A stretch of 64,000 nt of DNA from an uncultured Actinomycetes bacterium (GTDB taxonomy: Bacteria; Actinomycetota; Thermoleophilia; RBG-16-64-13), in the NCBI GenBank assembly GCA_963841735.1, contig CAWJDT010000001.1, positions 1,280,001 to 1,344,000 on the forward strand, written 5' to 3'. Positions 9,484 through 22,232 of the stretch are shown one piece after another. The position numbers were made by a program, and so were the translations under genes. Each line of letters begins with the position of its first letter. Within the stretch, counting starts at the first letter, position 1. The notes below the pieces were generated by a model, which had not been told where the DNA came from, made no database searches, and saw only the letters and a list, made by a program, of their open reading frames with translations.

Positions 9484-10713
9484 ATGGAAGGCAACATAGT
9501 GACGCCGCAGAGGTATCTGGGCAAGAAGGGTCTCATCATCTTCCTGGCAGCGCTCAGTTCCTTTACGGTGCTGTCTACCGACCTCTATCTGCCCGCTCTC
9601 CCCGGGATGACCGCCTACTTTGGTGTCCCGGAGTATCAGACCAACCTGACCCTCATTCTCTTCTTTGTGTTCTACGCCGTCGCTCTCCTAGTGTGGGGGC
9701 CACTCAGCGATCGTTTTGGGCGCAGGCCGGTCCTTCTTGTGGGTCTCATCTGTTACGCGGCCGCAGGCGCCCTTTGCGCGTTGTCGTCCAGCATCTTCCA
9801 GCTGATGGTCTTTCGTGTCTTTCAGGCGATCGGGGCCGGGGCAGCGGGTACTGTGGCGACCGCCATCGTCAAGGACTCATATAGGGGCAGGAGGCGTGAG
9901 GTCACCCTGGGCGTCATCCAGTCGATCACCGTTCTGACTCCGCTGGTGGCGCCGATAGTTGGAGGGCTCATACTGAGGTTCACTTCGTGGCGGGGCGTGT
10001 TCGTGGTACAGGGGATCTTGGGCCTTGCGGTGCTGGCCGGCGCGATCCTGTACCAGGAGACCGTAGGCGAGAGACTTACGGGCAATCCCCTGGCTTCGCT
10101 CTTGCGTCTGGGCACCGTTCTCAAGAGCGGGAGCTTCGCCCTTCTCCTTGTCAACTTCTCGTTGCTCGGCATGGCCAGCATGGCCTTTATCTCGTCGTCT
10201 TCCTACATCTACGAAGTCACCTTCGGCACCAGCAGCCAGGTATACAGTTACTTCTTCGCCCTGTTTGGCGCAGGTATCGCGTTGGGCCCGCCGATCTTCC
10301 TTTGCCTTTCGCGCCGGTTTGAGCGCACGGCCATCCTCAGCGGGTGCTTCGTGGCATGCGCGGCGAGCGGCCTACTCGTCATCCTGGTCGGCCGCCTGGG
10401 GCCGTGGCCCTTCATCGCCACATTCTTCCCCAGTGCCATCGCTTTCAGCTGTATGCGCGCTCCCGCCGCTTATCTGATGCTCGCTCAGCGCGAAGGAGAC
10501 GCGGGCTCGGCGTCCGGGCTCATCATCGCCTCGAACATGGTGATGGGCAGCCTAGGTACCGTCGTTGTCTCGCTTGGATTGTGGGGCCGGGTGGAGCTGG
10601 TTGGCACCCTCGTGCTCGGCCTGGCGGTGCTGAGCTTGGGCTTGTGGCTGAGCCGAGGGCTGCCGCGCATACGTGCCCAGGCGTCCTCGGAGACGGCAAA
10701 GCCCCTATACTAG
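9484..10713 (+). CDS. Bcr/CflA-family MFS efflux transporter
   Basis: STDLYLPALP, GPLSDRFGRRPVL, about 12 TM segments. Confidence 0.92.
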   Translation: MEGNIVTPQRYLGKKGLIIFLAALSSFTVLSTDLYLPALPGMTAYFGVPEYQTNLTLILFFVFYAVALLVWGPLSDRFGRRPVLLVGLICYAAAGALCALSSSIFQLMVFRVFQAIGAGAAGTVATAIVKDSYRGRRREVTLGVIQSITVLTPLVAPIVGGLILRFTSWRGVFVVQGILGLAVLAGAILYQETVGERLTGNPLASLLRLGTVLKSGSFALLLVNFSLLGMASMAFISSSSYIYEVTFGTSSQVYSYFFALFGAGIALGPPIFLCLSRRFERTAILSGCFVACAASGLLVILVGRLGPWPFIATFFPSAIAFSCMRAPAAYLMLAQREGDAGSASGLIIASNMVMGSLGTVVVSLGLWGRVELVGTLVLGLAVLSLGLWLSRGLPRIRAQASSETAKPLY

Positions 10714-10802
10714 ATGGGAGCACTGCGAGGCAGTTCAAGCTCGAGCGCGAAAATGTGGTGCCCACGTCCAAGGGGGCAGGCGCGCCGACGCAGGAGGTCA
10801 CC

Positions 10803-11321
10803 GTGAGTCACGGACATGGGGCGGACGGGTTTATGGGGCATAGGCTTGGACCGGGAGTGCGGCCCTTCGAGAGGGGCGGCATCAAGTTCGCCATCATGGA
10901 GCTTCTCAAAGACAAGCCGCGGCATGGCTATGACATCATCCGGGCGATGCATGACCACTCCCGGGGTTTGTATAGCCCCAGCGCAGGATCGATTTACCCC
11001 GTCCTGCAGGTGCTCGAGGACCGAGACCTAGTGACTTCAGGAGACGAAGGAGGCAAGCGGGTCTATTCGCTCACGCAGGCCGGTCTCGCCTTCCTGGAGG
11101 AGAACAAGCAGGAGGCCGAGAGACATCGGGATCGCTGGGTGGCGCACTTGGGCCCCGGTGGGCGTGCTGAGGGCTTGAGTGCGATGAGTGACCTGCAGCA
11201 GGCCTTCGAGGACATGACGAGAGCGGTTCACGCGACCGCGGTGGACGCCGCCAAGCGGAAAGAGATCCGCGAGGTGCTGGAATCTGTTGCCAAGAAGCTT
11301 GGGGACATAGCCAAGCGCTAG
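10803..11321 (+). CDS. PadR-family transcriptional regulator
   Basis: GTG after AGGAGG; PRHGYDII, YSPSAGSIYPVL, GKRVYSLT. Confidence 0.92.
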   Translation: MSHGHGADGFMGHRLGPGVRPFERGGIKFAIMELLKDKPRHGYDIIRAMHDHSRGLYSPSAGSIYPVLQVLEDRDLVTSGDEGGKRVYSLTQAGLAFLEENKQEAERHRDRWVAHLGPGGRAEGLSAMSDLQQAFEDMTRAVHATAVDAAKRKEIREVLESVAKKLGDIAKR

Positions 11322-11406
11322 CTTCGTCATCCGGCCGGCGGCCGCTACTAGGGTGGGGGCCCACAGGGCAGCACTTTATACCTAGAAACGTTGTAGAGTG
11401 GCGGCC

Positions 11407-12408
11407 ATGAGACTCAGACGCGCCACGGTCGCCCTTGCGGTGCTTGTCGCCGGTGTTTCGCTTGGGCTCGCTGTCTCTTCCGGCACCGTCCACGCCGTGG
11501 ATACCGGGCAGGGGGACGGTGGCGAACTGAAGCCCAACGAGATGGGCCAGGTTCTTGTTCTTATGTACCATCTGATAGGCTCCACCGGCGGCGTGTATAA
11601 CCGCAGTCCCGAGCGGTTCAGGCAAGATCTGGTCGATCTGAAAGCGGCGGGCTACTATCCCGTGAACCTACACGACTTGGTCTCCGGTCGGAACGACGTG
11701 CCCGCGGGGAAATCCCCGGTAGTCATCACGTTCGACGATTCCAGTGAGGGTCAGTATCGTATCTTGCGAGACGGCACGCTTGATCCTAACTGCGCCGTCG
11801 GCATCATGAAGGCGGCAGCGCAAGCCGGGGGATGGGCCGAGCGGGCTTCCTTCTTTGTTCTGCTTCAGGTCTATCCCACCGGCCACCTGCTCTTCGGGCA
11901 GGCGGAGTATAGGGAGTCGAAGCTGCGCGACCTGGTCTCCTGGGGATACGAGGTGGGAAGTCACACCGTCACTCATCTCGATCTCGGGAGTGCTTCGCGC
12001 AGGCAGGCAACCAAGGAGCTTGCCGAATCCAGGAGTATGCTCAAGCAGCTGATAGGCGGTGGCTACCAGGTCACGAGCCTGGCGGTACCCTACGGAGCTT
12101 TTCCGCACGATGTCAGCTTGTTGCAGCGGTGGAGCTTCTTGGGTGATCCGTACGCCTACTCAGCCGTTCTGAGGGCGGGCGGCGGTCCATCCCCTTCCCC
12201 CTTTTCGGACAAGTTCGATCACCTCCACATCAATCGGATAGCTGTGGCGGGCAATGAGCTGGGTGGCACGATCACGTACTTTCAACAGCACCCTGAACTC
12301 CGCTACGTGTCTGACGGCGATCCCGGCACCATCTGCGCACCCCTTGAACTTGCGCCTTCCCTGGGGACGCTAAGGCCACAGCCGGGCCGAACGGTCGTGC
12401 GCTACTAG
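11407..12408 (+). CDS. Secreted polysaccharide deacetylase (NodB-like)
   Basis: Signal peptide; VLMYH, ITFDD, GSHTVTH, AVPYG motifs. Confidence 0.9.
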   Translation: MRLRRATVALAVLVAGVSLGLAVSSGTVHAVDTGQGDGGELKPNEMGQVLVLMYHLIGSTGGVYNRSPERFRQDLVDLKAAGYYPVNLHDLVSGRNDVPAGKSPVVITFDDSSEGQYRILRDGTLDPNCAVGIMKAAAQAGGWAERASFFVLLQVYPTGHLLFGQAEYRESKLRDLVSWGYEVGSHTVTHLDLGSASRRQATKELAESRSMLKQLIGGGYQVTSLAVPYGAFPHDVSLLQRWSFLGDPYAYSAVLRAGGGPSPSPFSDKFDHLHINRIAVAGNELGGTITYFQQHPELRYVSDGDPGTICAPLELAPSLGTLRPQPGRTVVRY

Positions 12409-12664
12409 CAGCCGCAGCCAGCACGCCTTCGCTCCTTTCCCCGACCCTGTTCCTCCCGGTCGGGTAACATCATCAGTGTTGTGTGTCGCATCCGCTTGGT
12501 CTGCGTCGCACACTGGATGCGCGGAGTTGCAAGGTTTGAAGATCCCTGCTGCCGGGCATTCTCACGGCGAGTCCCAAGAGAGGTAGCGCGGCTGACTAAA
12601 GAGACAGCGAGCGGAGTTACTTGGGGCTCGTGTCTTTGCATATGGCGATTCGCTAGGGGGTGTC

Positions 12665-15600
12665 ATAGTCTTCCGAAGGCTCAGACTCACGTCAGAACAC
12701 GGGGACCGGCCCCGTGGCGAACCGGCCGTCTTCTTGCTGCGCTCCACCGAGTCGCTGGGCCCTGAACTCCTCAGTGCCGAACAGCTGAAGGACCACGCTG
12801 TCGCCCTCGCGACGAGCCACCCCGTCGATAGGCGTTCGGGCGAGGACAGACTTCTTTCCCGGTTGGCGGATAACGAGCGCGTTCTGGTGACTGCCTACGA
12901 CTCTGTCACGGCCGCCGCGACGCCGGGACAGCGGATCATGCCGGCAGAGGCCTGGTTGCTCGACAACTTCTATCTCATCGAGCAGCAGATCGCTCTGGCC
13001 CGCCGGCACCTGCCCCGCGGATACAGCCGGCAACTGCCGCGACTGGCCGGCGGCCCCTTGGCCGGTCTGCCGCGGATCTACGACATCGCCCTGGACTTGA
13101 TCTCCCATCAAGACGGCAGGGTCGATCGCGACAATGCCGCCGCCTTTCTTGAGGCCTACCAGACCGTGGATGCGCTCGACTTGGGGGAGCTGTGGGCCTT
13201 CCCCATCATGTTGCGGCTGGCTTTGCTCGAGAACATCCGCCGTGTGGGGGTACGCATCGCCGACCGGCGCAAGGAAAGGGATGTGGCTCTCGCCTGGGCC
13301 GACCGCATGCTTGCGGCCGCCGAAGGCGAGGCGAAACGGCTCATCCACGTGCTGGCCGATTTCGCGGATGCCGATGTTCTGCTGACAGCTCCCTTCGTCG
13401 AGGAATTCTACGCGCGGTTGCAGATACAGGGTCCGGCCCTGGCTTTCGTGCAGACGTGGTTGGAGCATCGGCTTGCCGAGCAGGGTGTGAGTGCGGTGCA
13501 ACTCCTGGAGGCGGCCAGTCGTATGGCGGCCGCCGACCAGATCTCCATCGCCAACAGTGTGGCGAGTCTGCGTTTCATCTCGGCGATGGACTGGGGGGAG
13601 TTCGTCGAGGAACTGAGTCTTGTAGAGCAGCTACTGCGCACGGACCCCGCTGGAGTCTACGCTTCGCAGGATTTCCCCACGCGTGATCGCTACCGGCACG
13701 CCATCGAGGCGGTGAGGCAAGGCAGCGGGCGTAGCGAGTTGGAGGTGGCGCGGGCCGCCATCGTTCTGGCTCATGCCTCGGCAGAGCGCTCCGGTCCAGG
13801 CCAGTCAGCCGATCCGTCGGCACGCACGGCCCACGTAGGCTACTACCTCATCGACAAGGGCCGCCGTGTCTTGGAGCGGGCCATGGGTACCAGAGTCCCG
13901 TTGCTGGCCAGAGCTACCCGGGTGGCTCGCCCGCTCCGTCTGTTCTTCTACCTGGCGCCCATCGTGCTCTTGACCGTGTTGGCCGTTGCTTTCGCGCTGG
14001 TATATGTGGCGGGGCTCGATGCGGGTGTCGGGCGCCTGATCTTCTTTGGGCTCGTCGGTCTCATCGGGGCTTCCGCGCTGGTGATACCCGTTGTCCATGT
14101 GCTGATAACGCTTACCGTGCCTCCCCGGACCCTACCGCGATTGGATTTCTCCACCGGGATACCGGTGCAGCACCGGACCATGGTGGTAGTACCCACCTTA
14201 CTCAGTCGCGAAGAGGACGTATCTGATCTTCTGGAGGCTCTGGAGATTCGCTATCTGGGCAATCGTGATCCCAATCTGTACTTCGCTTTGCTCACGGATT
14301 TCGGCGATGCTTCCGAGGCTACCCAGCCGAGTGACGACAACTTGATCGCTCTGGCCCGGGCGGGTGTCCAGGCGCTCAACCAAGCTTACCGCGACGACCG
14401 CCTCGGCATCTTCTATTTATTCCATCGCCCAAGGGTGTGGAATCCGCGGGAGCGGGTCTGGATGGGCTGGGAACGCAAACGGGGCAAGCTGGAACAGTTC
14501 AACGCACTTCTGTTGGAGGCCCGACAGGATGACGTCCAGTCGGCCACGGCGCCGCTCGGAGCGGGGCCGCCGGCAGAGGTAGGCGCGGCGCGGACCGCGG
14601 TCCCGCCTTCCGCGGCAGGCTCGGCGTTCTCGGTCATAGTCGGCGATCGGTCGGTTCTTGGATCGATCAGGTACGTGATCACTCTCGACACCGACACGCA
14701 ACTGCCTCGCGACGCGGCATTCACGCTCATAGGCAACATGGCTCACCCGCTCAACCGGCCTGTGTACGAGGCCAAGAAAGGCCGCGTGGTCGAGGGCTAC
14801 GCCATTCTCCAACCGCGCGCGTCGATCAGCCTCACCAGCACCAGCGGCTCCATGTTCACGCGCCTGTTTGCCGGTGAAGCGGGCATCGATCCGTATACGC
14901 GGGAGATCTCCGATGTCTATCAGGACCTCTTCGGCGAAGGTTCGTTCATCGGCAAGGGTATCTACGACGTCGAGGCGTTTTCGCAGGCCGTTCGCGGACA
15001 TTTTCCGGAGAATCTCATCCTCAGCCACGATCTGCTGGAGGGGGGCTACGCGCGCTCGGCTCTGGTGACCGACGTCGATCTCATCGAGGAGTATCCCGTC
15101 AGCTATGCCATGGAGGCCAGCAGGAGGCATCGGTGGACGAGGGGGGACTGGCAGCTTGCCGGCTGGCTGCTCCCTCGCGTGCCGGGGCCGCATGGCAAGC
15201 GTCGGCCCAATCCGCTCTCGCCGCTATCTATCTGGAAGCTTTTTGACAACCTTCGCCGTAGCCTAGTACCGGCGGCTCTGGTGGCATTGTTGCTGGGGGG
15301 ATGGCTGTGGGGCCCAGGGCCCTCGTGGCCGTGGGAACTGTTGGTTGCGGGGGCTTTCCTGTTGCCTGCCCTGCTAAGCGCTGCCGTAGAACTTGTCCGC
15401 AAGCCAGAAGAGTGGGGATGGGCTGTGCACTTGGCGCTGACCGGCAAGTCGGCAGTCCGTCCGCTCGTTCGCGCGCTCTTGGCCGTGACCTTTCTGCCGT
15501 ACGACGCGCTGATCTACCTGGACGCCATTGTCCGCTCGAGCATGGGGATGCTGTTTACCAGGCCTGGCCTGCTCATGTGGCACTTGCCCTCCTACAGCCG

Positions 15601-18600
15601 TCGCAACGCACTCCGCACTCCGCATGGCTTTCTTGTTGAGATGGCGATCGGCCCACTGCTGGCCGTTGCCCTGGCGGGGGTAATGGTCTTTGTGCCTAGC
15701 ATCCGCGCGTTCGATTGGCCGTTCGCGGTTCCGGTGCTGGTGCTCTGGCTTGTGTCCCCCTTCGTCGGCTGGTGGATAAGTAGGCCTCTGCATCCATCGG
15801 CGGCAAGTCTGAGCGCCCAGCAGCACGTGTTTCTGCGAGGGCTGGCGCGGCGGACATGGCGCTACTTTGCCGATTTTGTCGGTCCCGAGCATAACTGGCT
15901 GCCGCCCGACAACTACCAGGAGTACCCGACCGCAATGGTGGCCGCGCGCACGTCTCCCACCAACATGGGAATGGCAGTTGTGGCGAACCTGGCCGCGCAC
16001 GATCTCGGATACATATCTACCGGTGAGTTCTTGCGCAGGACCGAGCGAGCACTTAGGACCATGGGAAGGATGAAACGCTTCCGGGGCCATTTTTACAATT
16101 GGTACGACACGCGTACGCTGCTGCCGCTCAACCCTCAGTATGTCTCCTCGGTGGACAGCGGAAATCTGGCCGGAAGCCTGCTTGCCCTGCGGGCGGGGCT
16201 CAGAGAGCTGAAGAGCCAGCCCGTGCTGGACCACCGCGTGTTTGACGGGCTGGAGGACACTCTGTTGACGCTGGCTGCGCATACGCCGACGCCGCCTGTC
16301 CCCGAGGTAGAGAAGCAGATCAAGTCGTTGCGAGGCACGCTTCAGTCCCTGGACGGTCATTGGGACACGCGCGCGTTTCCGCAGGCCCTGCTGGAGGGGC
16401 TCCACATCGCCACCAGAGAACTGGTTGCCTCGCCGGCGGCGGAGCAGCGCGAGCGAGTTCCGCTACTGGGCTCGTGCGCTCAATCGTCAGTGCCGCAGAT
16501 TCCGCGACGATCTCACGCAGTTGGTGCCCGAACCCTGGCAGTTCACCAGTCTGCCCACATTGGAGGAGCTGGCCGCGACGGATGCGGTTGGCAACGATCT
16601 CGGGGGGCACCCGTCTGGCGGCACGAACGTGGCAGCGAAGCGGCTCGCGGTGATCGATAGGCTGATCGCCCGCTGTCATGAGCTAGCCGCCATGGATTTC
16701 GACTTTCTATACGATCCGGCGCGGGACCTTCTGAGTGTCGGCTACGACGTGGGCGAACGGCGGCGAGACCCCGGTTGGTATGACTTGCTGGCGTCCGAAG
16801 CCCGGCTGACAAGCTTCATGCTCATCGCCGAGGGTCAGGTACCTCAGAAACACTGGTTTGCTCTCGGCCGCCTGCTGACCGGTCACGGCGGCGACGTCAG
16901 TTTGATCTCGTGGAGCGGCTCGATGTTCGAGTACCTCATGCCTCGGCTCTTCCTGCCCAGCTACGAGAACACCCTGCTGGACCAGGCATGCCAGGGCGCC
17001 GTGGCGCGGCAGATGGAATACGGCCGGCAGCGTCACATCCCTTGGGGCATCTCGGAGTCGTGCTACAACGCTGTCGACATGAACCAGGTCTATCAGTACC
17101 GCGCGTTCGGCGTTCCTGGGCTGGGTTTCAAGCGGGGATTGGCGGAGGATCTGGTCATCGCTCCATACGCGACCGCGCTCGCCCTGACAGTGGTGCCTAG
17201 AGACGCATGCCGCAACCTGCAGGCCCTGGCCGCCGCCGGCTTCATGGGCGACTACGGCATGTACGAAGCCATCGATTACACCCCGTCGCGCCTGCTCCCA
17301 GGGACAGACCACGCCCCCGTGCGCTGTTTCATGGCCCATCATCAGGGAATGAGTCTGCTGGCGTTAGGGCATGCGCTGCTCGGTGGGCCGATGCAGCGTC
17401 GCTTCCTTTCCGACCCACTGGTGCGCACCACCGATCTGCTGTTACAAGAACGGGTGCCGAGGCATACGGTCGTCGTGCACCCGCGTGCGGACCAAGGGGC
17501 CGAGGCCGGCCGCGTCGTCGCCGCAGAGGCGGGCGCTGTCCATCGCGTATTCAGCGACCCAAACACGCCCCTGCCCGAGGCCCATCTGTTGTCCAACGGT
17601 CGCTACCATGTCATGGCCACCCACGCAGGTGGGGGATACAGCCGCTGGCGTGATCTGGCCGTGACCCGCTGGCGCGAGGACGCCACGTGCGACGGATACG
17701 GTACATTCATCTACCTCCGCGATCGCGAGACCGGCGACCACTGGTCGACCGCCTATCAGCCCACGCGGCGCAAGCCCGAGCGCTACGAGGCGGTGTTCGT
17801 TCAAGGGCGAGCCGAGTATCGCAGGGTAGACCACGGCATCGAAGCGCACACAGAGGTGAGTGTGTCGCCCGAGGACGACGTCGAGATCCGCCGCGTCACC
17901 CTCACCAACCTCTCCGACCAAACCCGCAAGATCGAGGTCACCAGTTACGCGGAGGTGGTCATGGCGCCCTTGAACGCCGATCTGGCCCATCGCGCGTTCA
18001 GCAACCTGTTCGTGCAGACCGAGATCCTCCCCGGGCACGGAGCCATTCTCTGCAGGCGGCGGCCGCGAGAGCCAGAAGAAGACACCCCTTGGATGTTCCA
18101 TCTCTTGGCCGTGCCTGGTGGTGTCGGCGCTGACACCTCCTATGAGACCGATAGGGCCCGCTTCATCGGTCGGGGAAGAACGGCGGCAGACCCGTTGGCA
18201 TTTGTCGGTCTCGATGGATCGACCACCCTCTCCAACACCGAGGGGCCTGTCCTTGATCCCATTGTGGCGGTCCGCGGCATTGTGACGCTGGCTTCCGATG
18301 AGTCCGCCGCCGCGAATGTGATCTCCGGAGTCGCCGAGACCCGCGAAGCGGCCATGGCTTTGATCGAGAAATATCGCGACCGGCACTTCGTCGAACGGGC
18401 GTTCGAGATGGCCTGGTTCCAGAGCCAGGAGATCTTGCGGCTGCTCAATATCTCCGAGGCGGACGCCCAGGTCTACGGCCGGCTGGCTACTTCGGTCATA
18501 CACGCCTCCGGTCTAAGGCGCGCTCATCCCGGCATCATAGAGCGCAATCTGCTTGGACAGCGCGGCCTCTGGCGCTTCGGTATCTCGGGAGATCTGCCCA

Positions 18601-21463
18601 TCGTCCTGGTGCGTATCGGTGATCTGAGCCGCATCGACCTGGTGAAGCAGGCCCTACAGGCCCACGCCTACTGGAGGATCAAGGGCCTCGCGGCAGACCT
18701 GCTGATCTTGAACGAGGACTTCTCGGGCTACCGGGCAGTCCTTCACGACGAGATCATGGGCCTCATCAACGCGGGACCCGAAGCAGTGGTAGTCGACAAG
18801 CCCGGCGGCGTCTTTGTACGGCGCGCCGAAGATCTGTCCGAAGAGGATCGGGTGCTGTTCCAGACTGTCGCCCGCGTGGTGCTCGCCGACACGTGCGAGA
18901 CTCTCACCGAGCAGGTGCAGCGGCGCGTGCCGTCCGAGCGCCTGCCGGTAGCCTTGGAGGCAACGCGGCAGGCGCCCGTAGAAGCTGTCGAGGCTCTGTC
19001 GGAGCGGGAAAGCGTCTTTCACAACGGCCTTGGCGGCTTCACGAACGACGGTCGCGAATACGTCATCAGCTTGGAGCCAGGACAGAGCACGCCTGCTCCA
19101 TGGGCGAACGTGATCGCGAGTCCCCACATGGGCACGGTTGTCAGCGAGAGCGGGAGTGCCTACACATGGGTGGAGAACGCTCACGAGTTCCGCTTGACCA
19201 CCTTCCACAACGATCCCGTGAGCGACACTAGCGGGGAGGCGTTCTATATCAGGGATGAGGAGACAGGCGCCTATTGGTCGCCCACTCCGCTCCCCGCTCG
19301 GGGCCACTCGGGGTACGAGTGCCGGCACGGATTCGGCTACAGCGTTTTCGAGCACACAGAAGCGGGTCTCTTCTCTGAGATGACCACCTACGTCGCTATG
19401 GACGCCCCGGTGAAGTTCGTTGTGATGAAGCTGCGCAACCGCTCGGGCCGCGTTCGCCGTGCTGTCGGTCACCGGATACTGGGAGCTGGTGATGGGCGAG
19501 TGGCGGCACGCCAATCTCATGCACGTGGTCACCGAGAAGGATGCCGACAGCGGCGCTCTGTACGCTCGCAATGCCTACGCGCGCCAGCGGGCCAACCGAG
19601 TGTTCTTCGCGCAGGCGAGCGAAGGCAGGCGGACTGCCACAGGGAACCGTACCGAGTTCATCGGTCGCAACGGTTCCTTGGCGGAACCGGTGGCCATGCA
19701 GCGCGGGCGGTTGTCGGGCAAGACGGGCGCCGGGCTCGATCCGTGCGCGGCCATTATGACCCAGTTCGAGCTGGCCGACGGGCAAGAGCGAGAGATCGTC
19801 TTCGTGATGGGAGCGGCCGACAGCAAGACCGAAGCCCAGACAGCTGGTGCAACGTTATGCGGGCCCCGCCGCCGCCCGCCAGGCGCTGGAGGCGGTGTGG
19901 GCTCACTGGAATCATGCCCTGGGGGCGGTGTATCTGGAGACTCCAGATAACGCTCTGAACGTGCTCGCCAACGGATGGTTGCTCTACCAGACCCTCTCCT
20001 GCCGGGTCTGGGGGCGCAGCGGCTACTATCAGTCGGGCGGGGCTTACGGCTTTCGCGACCAGTTGCAGGACACTATGGCCCTCGTCCACACGACACCGTG
20101 GATCGCTCGCGAGCACCTGCTCCGTTTCGCGGAGCGCCAGTTCCGGGAGGGTGACGTGCAGCACTGGTGGCATCCACCCGAGGGGCAAGGAGTGCGTACG
20201 CATTCTTCGGATGACTACCTGTGGTTGCCCTACGCGACCTGCCGTTACGTACTGGCAACGGGCGACACAGGGGTGCTTGACGAACCCGTGTCCTTTCTCG
20301 AGGGGCGAGTATTGGCTCCGGGCCAAGAAGCCTACTACGATCTGCCCCAGCGCTCAGCCGACGTCGCGAGCCTGTATGAGCACTGCGTGCGCGCACTCAA
20401 GCAGGGTCTGCATTTCGGTCGTCACGGACTGCCGCTCATGGGCACCGGCGACTGGAACGACGGCATGAACCTGGTTGGTCGTGAGGGCAAGGGGGAGAGC
20501 GTGTGGCTTGCCTGGTTCCTCTGCGACAACCTGCGCTTGTTCGGGGAGCTGGCCCAGCGCCGAGGAGACGATGAGGTTGCCCGCTTGTGCACGGGGCAGA
20601 CGGAGGAACTCGGAGCCAACATCGAGGCGCACGCCTGGGACGGTGACTGGTATCGCCGGGCTTACTTTGACGATGGAACGCCTTTGGGTTCTTCGGTCAA
20701 CGAAGAGTGCCGCATAGACTCCATCAGCCAGAGCTGGGCCGTGATATCCGGAGCCGGTGACCCGGCGCGCGCCCGCCAGGCCATGGCGGCTGTGGATCGG
20801 CTTTTGGTCAAGCCCGAGGCGGGTCTCATCAAGCTGCTCGATCCGCCCTTCGACACGTCTTCACTGGAACCCGGCTACATCAAGGGCTACGTGCCCGGTG
20901 TGCGCGAGAACGGGGGCCAGTACACTCATGCCGCCATCTGGGCCGTGATGGCGTTCGCCAAGATAGGCGACGTGGAGCATGCCTGGGAGTTGTTCTCGAT
21001 GCTGAGTCCCATCAATCACGGGGATCAGCCCGACAAGATCGGACTGTATAAGGTAGAGCCCTACGTCATGAGCGCCGACGTCTACGCCAATCCACCGCAC
21101 ACCGGTCGGGGAGGTTGGACCTGGTACACGGGAGCGGCGGGCTGGATGTACCGGCTGGCCGTGGAAACGCTCCTGGGTATCCACCTGGAAGTGGACAAGC
21201 TGCGGCTGGCCCCGCTGATGCCGAAGGACTGGGCATCTTTCAAGGTCCACTACCGGTACCGCGAGACCTTCTATCACATCACCATCGAACGGACGGCGGG
21301 GAGCGCCGGCGCTCTCAAGAAGAAGAAAGCGCAACTTGAGGAGGAGCGGGTGAGGCGTGTGACGATGGATGGCGTGGATCTCGACCAGACCGGGTCCCTT
21401 CAAGGTACCATCCCTCTGGTGGACGACCGGCGCGACCACTACGTCGAGGTGAAACTAGGCTAG
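12665..21463 (+). CDS. cgs: Cyclic beta-1,2-glucan synthase (glycosyltransferase + glycoamylase-like + GH94 domains), split by three apparent frameshifts (~16450, ~19460, ~19840)
   Basis: [99 protein letters not shown] in order across four overlapping ORFs; start may be ATA 12665 or TTG 12734. Confidence 0.9.
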
Positions 21464-21523
21464 GTCAAACTGGGCCAGGCGCCGTGCCGCGGGGGCTCAG
21501 CGAAACGGCAGGGGGAGAGCAAG

Positions 21524-22124
21524 GTGGAGGGAGAAGCGAAGGCCTGGGAGCTTCTGGCGGCTTCTGAGCCACGGGATGTGTGCAATCGCGCTGTGGCCAC
21601 CTACTCGGAGGGTGAAGGCTACACGGTTGGGGTCTTCGGTTCCCCGGTGGTGGTCGACCCGATAGCGCGCACGATCACCGGATCGTCTTCCGAGTCGGAG
21701 TTCGTTCTTACTAAAACCGCGTATTTCTCCCGCCTTTCGATTCTGCACTACCTGTTGGGCGCGCGGCCGCTTGAGCCGACCGGACGCCTCGTCAACCCCC
21801 CTGGAGCTGAGTAGTGGCCAGTTCTTCAGCGGAGGTTCGCACGAGCTGCCCTTGGACAAGATCGCGGCTCGTTTCTGCGCCGATCGCGAGGGCTTCAAAC
21901 GGGTGGCCCTCCGCTTTGGCGGGCGGCAGGTCGCTTATGGCGACGTGGCCATGGAGCTCCTTCCCTTGCCGCGCGTGCCGGTGACGGTGGTCTTTTGGCG
22001 CGAGGACGAGGAATTCCCGGCTCGTACCTACCTGCTCTTCGACCACACCTGCGAACAGCATCTGCCGGCAGATATTCTCTGGTCGGTGGCCATGATGTGC
22101 GCGCTGGTCATGTTGAAGGGATAG
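21524..22124 (+). CDS. DUF3786-like protein, frameshifted at a C6 run (~21800)
   Basis: ILHYLL...GQFF...LPLPRVPVTVVFWREDEEFPAR...LFD pattern across two ORFs. Confidence 0.75.
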
Positions 22125-22179
22125 ACCCGCGTGGGGTAGCCGCCCCGCGCGTAGGGCAAACCAGGAGTGGCGCATGCTA

Positions 22180-22206
22180 AACTACCGGTCAACCAGTAGT
22201 TAGTAT
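22180..22206 (+). promoter_or_regulatory. Imperfect 22-bp palindrome abutting a -10 box upstream of the molybdoenzyme operon
   Basis: AACTAC-c-GGT-ca-ACC-a-GTAGTT, then TAGTAT at 22201-22206. Confidence 0.55.
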
Positions 22207-22232
22207 AAGCTTGAGTCATGCCGAGGGGCCCC

